DNA of 64,000 bases from Cycas panzhihuaensis (Eukaryota > Plantae > Cycadophyta), in NCBI GenBank assembly GCA_023213395.1, contig CM041465.1, positions 164,307,741 through 164,371,740 on the forward strand, in the 5' to 3' direction. The position numbers were made by a program, and so were the translations under genes. Shown here piece by piece: positions 51,647-62,000 of this stretch (the first letter of the stretch is position 1; every line of letters starts with the position of its first letter). The notes beneath the pieces are model-generated. The model searched no databases, had not been told where the DNA came from, and saw only the letters and a list, made by a program, of their open reading frames with translations.

Positions 51647-53282
51647 GGCAACTTCGACTTCATACCTGCAATGGCTTTGATGTATTATCCATGGCAGCGC
51701 TCAGAGATGAAAAATGGTGACCTGGTTATCATGGTGCTCTACTCTTTAACCTGCAACATCCATGGCAGCGGCGGCCCTCGATGATATTCTTGGCAGAACC
51801 CTAATATCTTAGGGTTATATGTTGGCATATTTTTTGACGGATGTCAAATTCTATAACAAAGGGTTAAGTTTTTTTTTTCCTATTTGAAAAAAAAAATTTA
51901 ACTATATTGGATATTGCTTTTGGATCCGTCCAGCCCTTCATCACTTTAACCCCGGTCACATGGTGGGCTTAATATGACCTATTGCCAGCTCATGAAGGGG
52001 GCTAGTCCCCATTTCATCCTTTTTTAGCATTACTAAGGAGTACCTATCACATTTTTTTACTGTATCTTGAGATTGGGAGGTCTGATTTCAGTTCCGTCTG
52101 TTGCGTTGGATCCGTAATAGAGAGAGATTTCATATGACACATTTTGGAGCTGTTTTCATGGAGATTTTTAAGTTCAAAGTTATAATTTCCTATTTGTCTT
52201 CATTTTTTCTCAGTTTCTTTAGGCACATATTGCATTTTCAAGGCTTCTTGATGTAATGTACCCCGAATGGGGGGGATGACATGTACTATGGACTTCTTTT
52301 TAGCTCTTGAAGAACCCATTGTGATCATATTATACTTCATTTATGAGAGAGAGTCACATGTGCTACATAAGTCACATACTATTTTTCAGTCATGTAAAAA
52401 TTTCTAATACTGGTTACTTTTGCCCATGTTGGCAAGTTGTTAGCCCAATGAGGCATCATGTAAAAATTTCTAATGCTAGTTATTTTTGCCCATGGTGGCA
52501 AGTTGTTAGCCCAATGAGGAATCATGTAAAAATTTCTAATGCTAGTTATTTTTGCCCATGGTGGCAAGTTGTTAGCCCAATGAGGCATCTTTTTAGCCTA
52601 TGTGGCATGTTTGAGGCCATAGTACCATTGTATTTCTGGCCATTAGATGTCGAAGAAGTGCTAGTCCTATTGAGCAAGAGGTAGGATACACTTTTAGAAG
52701 CTACTCTTGCCTGCCATGTGCTATTTGCCATGTGCTTTATATACATATAGTTTCCTGCTTGTACTCCCATATAAGCAAGGGGTGGGACCTTATACAGCTA
52801 CTCTTGCCAGCTCTTGATTGATACACATACACAGAGGGAGTTCATACCCAACTGGCAGTTGCAGCAGCTAATAACCCATGCATTCCGGTAGATGGACTCT
52901 ATTTCATATGGACATCAGTAGCTTTCTTATTCAGTGCAGCAGTGTTTATGATCCAACAGGCTTTTGGAGACTTATGTCATGTGCCATGTGTTTCTTATAT
53001 ATATTTTTTCTTGCTTGCACTCCCATATGAGCAAGGGGTGGGACCTTATACAGCTACTCTTGCCAGCTCCTGATTGCTCCACGTATATAAAGGGAGTTCC
53101 TACCCAACTGGCGATTGCAGCGGCTGATAACCCATGCATTTCCGTAGATGGACTCCACTTCATATAGACTTCAGCAACTTTCTTATTCTGTGTAGCAGCG
53201 GTTATGATCCAGCAGCCTTTTGGAGACTTGAGCTTATCATTGAAGTGATGACATTTATGTAATTGACTATTACAGGGGGGAA

Positions 53283-53562
53283 TGTTAGGTGTAATACTCA
53301 ATTTCATTAGTCCTATGTAAACTCTCTCTATCTTTTGTATTCTATATTAGAGTTATGGGTCACCTTGATATGTGTGTCACCTCTAAATAGTGCAATGGGG
53401 TTCTCTCTCTAGTGGTGAGGTTGTACTATAAGTATGTACTCTTATTTGTTCATAATTGAGTTTTGGCCAATTCTCCAACATGGTGTCTATTCTGTGTATA
53501 CTTCATCTTTTTATTGCTCACCATTAGGGTTTGATATGCTTGTTACATTACTAATCCTAACA
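53283..53562 (+). repeat. Cargo element LTR3 (shared)
   Basis: PPT before, PBS TGGTATCACAGCC after. Confidence 0.95.
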
Positions 53563-54482
53563 TGGTATCACAGCCCAAGGTTCAACCCTCGGAGGCCTTT
53601 CTTGCAAATCCTAGTACATGTCATTCCTGGTTTTTGAGCTTTCAAGTCTTGTAAATTTTTTGATGTGCCTGTTTGGTGACTTTGTCAAGTTAAAAATTAT
53701 TTGAAGTTATATCTGATGCATATTTTGTTATGGGACTGATATCAAGTTTTGAAGGGCTATTTTGGTGTTAATGAGAGGTTGTTTTCAAGCCCATTTTGAA
53801 ATTTTGTAGTTGTTTAAAGCTTGTTGATGCTGCGTAGGTGGACATCTTCTCCACATGTGGCGCCACAATAATATTACATGACGGTGAAAGTCCACCATAT
53901 TCTGTGTGCAGATTCAACCACTGTTTAGCTATCTCCTTCGCATGTCAGTGGACAAAGTGTTGTAGGAACTGTTAACAGTAGTTGAGTGAGTGCTTCTCAC
54001 TATCTGGAAGCTAGAAGAAACTCTACTTTCAAAAGATTTATAAATTTATAGGTTATACATATATCTTTGCTGATATGTACTTTCTTTATGCTCAAAAATT
54101 TTGTATTCAAGGCCTTCAAATCTGGCCTATGTTCTTATGTATTTTTTATTCGAAAAAAAAAAAAAGGAAAAATCTGCCAAATATGTTGTTGGTGCATAGC
54201 CATTGGCAGATCTGAAAAGAAGAAGACTGCAAATGAAGAGCTTCTCTATGTATGAATTAAATGACAATCTATTGCTATGTTTTTTTGGGTCTTTCCAAAG
54301 TTTGCCGTATGAATCTTTTCATATTACAAGCCTCAGTTTTGTCCCATCCATTAAAGCAAACAGACTATCTGCTCTGACCGCTTCATTTTGTTCCTCGTGC
54401 ATTATGAGTGTCATGGGATCGATCCGAGGGGTTCTGTTTCCATCAAACCTTTGTGGTGGATTTTGATCAGTTCAGTGATGTA

Positions 54483-54779
54483 ATGGCTTGGCATAGTCAG
54501 GCTTGGGCTATGTGCTTGGTATTGGTCATACTGAGCTTATTGATTTTGGTTGAAGTAGCTTACCAGTTCAGAGTTGGGGAAAAGGCAACGGATGAAATGG
54601 AACCCTTTATGCCCTACTTATTTCACAGTGTTAATCTGGGCTTTAATCCCTCGATCATATTTCCTTCCGATTCAGGATCATCTATTAGAGTTATTTCCTC
54701 TATATTCTCCACTCCATACTTTTTCAATTCACTCCTCAAATCATCTTTTTTCCATGTCCTACAAATATTGCACACATAA
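54483..54779 (+). CDS. Open chimeric ORF (98 aa): captured signal peptide/phytocyanin-like start fused to antisense-RRM sequence; expression unknown
   Basis: MAWHSQAWAMCLVLVILSLLILVEVAYQFRVGEKATDEMEPF... open to 54779 (part of ORF 54408-54779). Confidence 0.25.
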   Translation: MAWHSQAWAMCLVLVILSLLILVEVAYQFRVGEKATDEMEPFMPYLFHSVNLGFNPSIIFPSDSGSSIRVISSIFSTPYFFNSLLKSSFFHVLQILHT

Positions 54780-55521
54780 AGAGTTTCATTATCTTGGCTT
54801 TGTGACACCCCACATTGCTTGCCTCTCACCCATGGATTCTTGAGATCTGTGACAGCCTTCTTTGCTTGTTCGATAGTTGCAAAGTGAATGAATGCAAATC
54901 CTTTATTTTTCTGCGTGAGAGAATTCTTAGCCAGTCGAACCTCAACGACTTCTCCAACCTTACTGAAAACCTTCTTCAAATCCTCTTCCACAGTGTCCTT
55001 GTCAAGCCCGCCAACAAAAATCTCAAATTCCTTTTGCTTCCTCCGCTCTTTCACAGGGGCGGGCACTTCAACATCCTGATGATGTTCTTCTCCATCATCG
55101 TTGCCGTCTTCTTGCTACTCTTCATCGTCAACTTCCTCTTCTTCTCCTCCCTCTGCATCACCATCACCTTCTTCTCCTTCGCCGTCAACCTCTTCATCTC
55201 CTTCACCGTCACCTGACTCCTCCTCATCTTCTCGTGCTTCTTCCAGCACCTCATCTGACACCTTCACTTTGATCTGTCCAGCTTCCTCGGCTTTGAAGCC
55301 TTCTTCAGTTAATGGCTTTCTGCCATTCTCCGTTGATGCTTTGACGCCTTTGCGTCATCTGCGAGGGCCAAAACACTAGCATTTGGGTCGGCATTGTTGA
55401 GGTTTGGAAGAGAAACATTAGCCTTGGCTTTGACAGGATCTGACCCCATAGCCTGCACTGCCTTGACGGCCTCCGTCTTGTAAACATCAAAGAATAATGG
55501 CAGCTTCAACCCTCTGCTCAT
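54659..55521 (-). pseudogene. Captured hnRNP Q/R-like RRM fragment, unit 3
   Basis: ORF 54623-55066 with IFVGGLDK and KGFAFIHF, plus the upstream acidic tract. Confidence 0.9.
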
Positions 55522-57171
55522 GGCAGCTTCGACTTCATACCTGCAATGGCTTCGATGCATTATCCATGGCAGTGCTCAAAGATGAAAAATGGTGACCTGG
55601 TTATCATGGCGCTCTACTCTTTAACCTACAACATCCATGGCGGCGGCGGCCCTCGATGATATTCTTGGCAGAACCCTAATATCTTAGGGTTATATGTTGG
55701 CATATTTTTTGACAGATGTCAAATTCTATAACAAAGGGTTAAGTTTTTTTTTTTCTATTTGAAAAAATAAATTTAACTATATTGGATATTACTTTCGGAT
55801 CCGTCCAGCCCTTAATCACTTTAACCCCGGTCACATGGTGGGCTTAATACGACCTATTGCCAGCTCATGAAAGGGGCTAGTCCCCATTTCATCCTTTTTC
55901 AGCATTACTAAGGAGTACCTATCATATTTTTTACTGTATCTTGAGATTGGGAGGTCCGATTTCAGTTAAAATTGCGTTGGATCCTAGCAGAGAGATTTCA
56001 TTTGACAGGTCATTTGACACATTTTGGAGCTGTTTTCATGGAGATTTTTAAGTTTAAAGTTATAAGTTCCTATTTGTCTTCATTTTTTCTCAGTTTCTTC
56101 AGGCACATATTACATTTTCAAGGCTTCTTGATGTAATGTACCCCGAATGGGGGGTATGACATGTACTATGGACTTCTTTTTAGCTCTTGAAGAACCCATT
56201 GTGATCATATTGTACTTCATTTATGAGAGAGAGTCACATGTGCTACACAAGTCACATACTATTTTTCAGTCATGTAAAAATTTCTAATACTGGTTACTTT
56301 TGCCCATGTTGGCAAGTTGTTAGCCCAATGAGGCATCATATAAAAATTTCTAATGCTAGTTATTTTTGCCCATGATGGCAAGTTGTTAGCCCAATGAGGA
56401 ATCATGTAAAAATTTCTAATGCTAGTTATTTTTGCCCATGGTGGCAAGTTATTAGCCCAATGAGGCATCTTTTTAGCCTATGTGGCATGTTTGAGGCCAT
56501 AGTACCATTGTATTTCCGGCCATTAGATGCCGAAGAAGTGCTAGTCCTATTGAGCAAGAGGTAGGACACACTTTTAGAAGCTACTCTTGCCTGCCATGTG
56601 CTATTTGACATGTGCTTTATATACATATAGTTTCCTGCTTGCACTCCCATATAAGCAAGGGGTGGGACCTTATACAGCTACTCTTGCTAGCTCTTGATTG
56701 ATCCACGTATACAGAGGGAGTTCCTACCCAACTGGCAGTTGCAGCGGCTAATAACCCATGCATTCTGGTAGATGGACTATACTTCATATGGACATCAGTA
56801 GCTTTCTTATTCAGTGCAGCAGTGTTTATGATCCAGCAGACCTTTGGAGACTCTTGTCATGTGCCATGTGCCATGTGTTTCTTATATATATATATTTTCT
56901 TGCTTGCACTCCCATATGAGCAAGGGGTGGGACCTTATACAGCTACTCTTGCCAGCTCTTGATTGCTCCACGCATACAAAGGGATTTCCTACCCAACTGG
57001 CGGTTGCAGCAGCTGATAACCCATGCATTCCAGTAGATGGACTCCACTTCATATAGACTTCAACAACTTTCTTATTCTGTGTAGCAGCGGTTATGATCCA
57101 GCAGCCTTTTGGAGACTTGAGCTTATCATTGAAGTGATGACATTTATGTAATTGACTATTATAGGGGGGAA

Positions 57172-57451
57172 TGTTAGGTGTAATACTCAATTTCATTAGT
57201 CCTATGTAAACTCTCTCTATCTTTTGTATTCTATATTAGAGTTGTGGGTCACCTTGATATGTGTGCCACCTCTAAATAGTCCAATGGGGTTCTCTCTCTA
57301 GTGGTGAGGTTGTACTATAAGTATGTACTCTTATTTGTTCATAATTGAGTTTTGGCCAATTCTCCAACATGGTGTCTATTCTGTGTATACTTCATCTTTT
57401 TGTTGCTCACCATTAGGGTTTGATATGCTTATTACATTACTAATCCTAACA
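57172..57451 (+). repeat. Cargo element LTR4
   Basis: PPT before, TSD CAAGC after, no PBS. Confidence 0.95.
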
Positions 57452-57695
57452 CAAGCCATGTTTAAAAGTGCGTACATATTTTTAAATGAAGGTGGTGTCT
57501 AAAGATACTAGGGTTTGTCACCCCAATAAATCTATAGTTTGAAGGAGGAGGGAAACCTCTTCAATCTCCATAATTTAAAATATATTAAAATAATACTTAA
57601 CTAAAGTAACACTTAACCTTGCCTTACTTACCTTCACATGTGTGCACTCACATGTGTAAATGGTGGGAGTAGGGTGATGAACATTAACCCCAACA

Positions 57696-58685
57696 ATTTT
57701 TATGTCAAAGTTGAAGATCAATATTAAGTTATCTTTGATGATTTAGTGATTATAGGTAATGATAATTGAAAGGTTGAAAACTTGAAGGATGATCTCAAGG
57801 AGACATTTGAGATGATAGATCTTAGATTACTTCACTATTTGTTAGGAGTATAAGTATGGAAAAAGCTTGGGAGAATTATGATTTCATAGGCTAAGTATAC
57901 ATAAGAGATCTTATAGAAATTCATAATGGAGAACTATAAATCTATCCCAACCTTGATGGAAATAGGTATAGGGTTAATAGCTTAGGATGATAGAGACTCG
58001 ATAGATGACGCTTTGTACAGGGAGTTGGTTGGTAGTTTAATCTACCTAATTACAACTAGGCCTGATATTACCTTTACACTTCAGATAGTATCGAGGTTCA
58101 TGTTAAAGTCTAATTAGAGCCACTAGAAATATGAAAAGAAAATCTTTTGGTATTTGTAAGGAACTTTATACTATGGATTGAAGTTCAACTAGAATGAGAA
58201 TCTTAGGCTAAAGGGTTATTCAAATTCTGATTGAGCTAGGTGTCTTGATAATAGGAGGTCTACTTTAGGATATTGCTTTAGTTTAGATCTTTTTGTTGAC
58301 ACTACAGCAACAAGAAACATCTAAATAAAGCATTATCATCTATTGAAGTAGAATACAAACTTATAGTCACAACAACTTATGAGACCATTTGGTTGAAATA
58401 AGTCCTTGGTGATTTGGGATTTCATCTAAATAAGGTGACTATATTGTACTATAATAATCAGAGTAGTTTAAAAACTGCCAAAAATCTAGTATTCCATACT
58501 CACACCAAATACATTGAGATGCACTATTATTTTATTACGGTACAGATATAAAATGAAGAAGTTGATTTGGTATATAGGCCTATAAAAGAGCAGTTGGTAA
58601 ATATCTTCACCAAACCCTTGACTAAAGTCAAATTTATTAAATTCAAATTTTGTATTAGCATCAAAGCAAATGATATAAACATTAA
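57696..58685 (+). pseudogene. Copia C RT C-terminal half and RNase H
   Basis: IFDDLVI (~57731); LVGSLIYLITTRPDI (~58025); TKYIEMHYYFI (~58504). Confidence 0.9.
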
Positions 58686-58692
58686 GGGGGAG

Positions 58693-59035
58693 TGTCAGAA
58701 TTAATGTTTACTCTATTAGGGTCTAGACTTTAAGTTATAAGTCTTAATATATGTTTTGGTGTTTTTATGAGTCATAGGATCATCACTTAATTAATGACAC
58801 ATGTTTAGGAGTTATATAGTTCATTAATGAGTGCATAATACATGCAAGTATAATTACAAGTTATTGTGGAACATTATTGATCCTGTGTATATTTAGATAT
58901 GTATCAATTTGTATATATCATCAAAGTATATTTTTAATGAATAAAAAAGAATAAAGATAGATTAATTCTACCAGATAAACCCATGTATATTTGTAATTCT
59001 TATCTAATTCACTTTAGTTTAAACTCATATTAATA
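58693..59035 (+). repeat. Copia C 3' LTR
   Basis: TG directly after the PPT; right end approximate. Confidence 0.7.
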
Positions 59036-62000
59036 TGGCGGGTGGTAATCTTTTAATTCTCTCATTGAGAAATTGATATGTACTAAAAATTATAGCATAT
59101 GGAAGCATCAAATGAAACAACTATTGATATTAAATAACTAATGGACTTTTGTCGAAGGAAAAGTTATACATGGAACTAATCCTATTGCACAAGAAAAATA
59201 CAATGCTAAGGATAAAATTTCTTTACTATGGATCAACCTATTAATAAGTAAAAGCCTGTGTTCAAGATGCAATAACAAATGAAAAAACTTGGGATGCAAT
59301 CACTTTGCTTTCTGAAAATAAGAATGATGGAAGAGGATTAATGTTCAAAAATTTATGACATAGCTATCCTAACTCTAGGACCTAACTACTAACACATGTG
59401 GCCATATGATATAACAATTAGTGTTAGCCCTCAACATATGTGTGGGTTGCCTACTCCAAATAATAATATTCATGTAGAGAGTTCACTCTTATTTATATAA
59501 GGCCTCATAAAAGTAGAGTAAGGATTATCATATATTTAAGATCTTGCACATTTCGTGTACTATAGTATTGTGTTGGTTATCTTTGATACCCTTATTCCAT
59601 ATTTTGTTCTCTTTGGTAATGAAGGTTATCTTATTACCTTTATATTTTGTTTATTATATCATTTGAGCTCTTTCATTTGCATTCTTTATGGTGATTGTTA
59701 GGATAGGTACATCTCAAGTGGTATTAAAGCTCAGCTTGAAGGTCCCTCCATAGTAGAAAGGCGTAAAGTAAGCAATTATGAAGACATAACAAGGCGAGAG
59801 AAGCAAATATTCTAGCATTATAGTAGGAATCCCACACCCCACCCCCCTTCCCCATTTTTGGTGACATTTCACAACTATCTCTATAATTTTATTATCTTAC
59901 TTTGTCTTTGCACTACTTTATTATCCTTTTATTAAGGTCTAAGTAGAAACCTTGTTTTGGGGGTTTTATAATATCCACGGGAAGTTATCGTTACTAACCA
60001 AGTATACTCAGGGATAAGTTAGCATGCGAAGTGAAGTGGTTCATCTACCAATACTCAGCCTTTAGATAATGCTCTCATACAAAATTAAGCCTCCACATAC
60101 TTTTGGATATATATAAGGGCCCCTATAGGTTTTCTTTCTATAACCTAGAATAAGCAAATAATTAGTTGCCTGTAAACTTGCAGTAGATTGGTTAGCAATT
60201 AGCACCAAGACGCTACCCTCCATGAAAACCTCAAACATAGATAAAGTAGCAACATGTATGATAACCCTTCGCAGTTAGTGCCATGAAATATTGGGTTGAT
60301 GTTATTAATGATTGAGAAGTTTATAGGAGGGCCTACAGACCAGGTAATTCCTGAGTTGAAATTCTATTTAGAAACTAGTTGTTTGAATTTTGTTTTCAAG
60401 TGTGTTATAGTTATTCAAACTAACATTCATAGGTTCCTTCCTGTCAAAATCCTTAGTAACAGATCCTAAAACCCCTCATCATCAAACACCATATTAAAAA
60501 GAAAAAAAAAATTGCTTGCAAGCTCATACCTTAGCAAGGCCACTTCTGCATATATAAGTTTTTTGTGGATAAAACCTTTACCAAAGATTTGTGTAAAAAG
60601 AAATCCACAACTTTAAATTTACCTTTATTTTTTATTTACCTTATTTTAATGAGTGTGACATGCTAATAATTTTATACTAGGTTAGTTTCAACCCTAATTT
60701 TTGGGGAAAAATACATACAAGTACTTTGTAAGCTCCATGGCCAAATTTTCACATATAATCTTACCTACAACATCTTGACGGGCTCTTTGCACTTGTCTTA
60801 ATGCACTAAGTGAGATCAATATATGATTTTCTAGGGAAAGCAACCTAAAGATGCCCCACAAAGATTTATATGTAATAAGGGGGTTAACAAGCTATAGACA
60901 TCCCTCCTCTCTCCCCCCCCTCCCAACAACACCCTTCTACATCATTCCCCAATTCTTTAGTCTTGTTCTGCTCATCTAATCCCCTTTTCTATAAAGACCT
61001 CCTTTTCTATCCTAATTCTATTATCTTTAAATATTTTTCTTTTATCCCTTCTTAGTAGCTTCTATTTGTTTATATAATGGCTCCCACTCAAGCAGATTAA
61101 CTCTCATCATTGGAAACAAAGTATAATATTTTGAGTGATAATATCACTAAGATATTAGATAAGATCAAAAAACTATCTAGATTGACATCTAATATGCCAT
61201 CTTCCTCCAATGCATCTACCAATTCCCCATCTCCTCCTAACACATCATAACCTACTTCATTAAAAAATCATGATTCCAACTTTTAACCTCAACCTTAATA
61301 GGGACATTGCACAAAGCTAGATCATAAATTAGAATCTTATTTTAGCCACAACACCATGTCGTTGATGAAGATCTCACCTTTGCTCTCCTTCACCTTAAAG
61401 GAAAAGTACATCACTAGTTTCATTAGTGGCAACATGAAAATCCCACCAACCAAACATGAGACTCATTTTCAAAGTGTTTCTTTGATTAGTATGGAGATAC
61501 TTGGAACAATTCCTTCTTTAGTTTTAACTCACCTATCTTAAGTAAACATCAGTTGAAACATACATTAAAGAATTCTAGGCCATACAAAATCAAATTTCTC
61601 AATCCCTTGATCGATAGACTAATATTAATATACACGTGTTTAGCCTCAAGGACCACATCCCAATGCAACTTAAAGTGGTTCCTCCAACAACTCTAAGAGC
61701 AACTATCTCCATGGCAAAGGCAATAGAAGTAGAGTTTATAGCAAAGCCCCCAAGTTCTTCTCAACAGGACCAAACCTTTTACCCAAACCTTTAGTCAAGA
61801 GACCAATAATGCTAATGTATGAATCATTTAGAGTTCTCAATAGCTGAGAAGTCTTCATGTCCTATGCGTGTTCCTGAAATAGAAGCGAACAAAGAACTAG
61901 AGGTCGACCTATGTGTATAAAGCTCAATGCATGGTTTTCACTATTGATCCTACCATTTTTGCAGAAAAGGACTTAGACTTAGGATAGGGTCCAAGTAATA

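Larger units (their letters stand above)
45507..57451 (+). mobile_element. Three-unit tandem array of a ~3.9-kb non-autonomous LTR retroelement carrying captured host-gene fragments
   Basis: Four 280-bp LTRs; PBS after LTRs 1-3; PPT before LTRs 2-4; single TSD CAAGC (45502-45506 / 57452-57456). Confidence 0.95.
31546..57695 (-). mobile_element. Non-autonomous gag-only (TR-GAG-like) copia-type LTR element, inflated by a tandem array and a nested insertion
   Basis: 334-bp LTRs at 31578-31911 and 45412-45506+57457-57695; PBS TGGTCTCAGAGC 45398-45409; PPT AAAAAGGAGAA 31912-31922; approximate TSD ATTTT; no pol motifs seen. Confidence 0.88.
16715..59035 (+). mobile_element. Very old Ty1/copia C, split by at least three nested insertions
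   Basis: The gag-pol frame rejoins across the insertions (LLLQ|YE at 25963/29088; RT at 31545/57701). PPT AAGGGGGAG and 3' LTR at 58693-59035; the end of that LTR (58960-59033) resembles 16718-16790, a putative 5' LTR remnant. Confidence 0.7.

Noticed and set aside
46848-55066. Three RRM ORFs as a functional tandem gene family
   Set aside because: They lie inside LTR units, start at non-ATG codons after a shared in-frame stop, and are truncated within RRM2.
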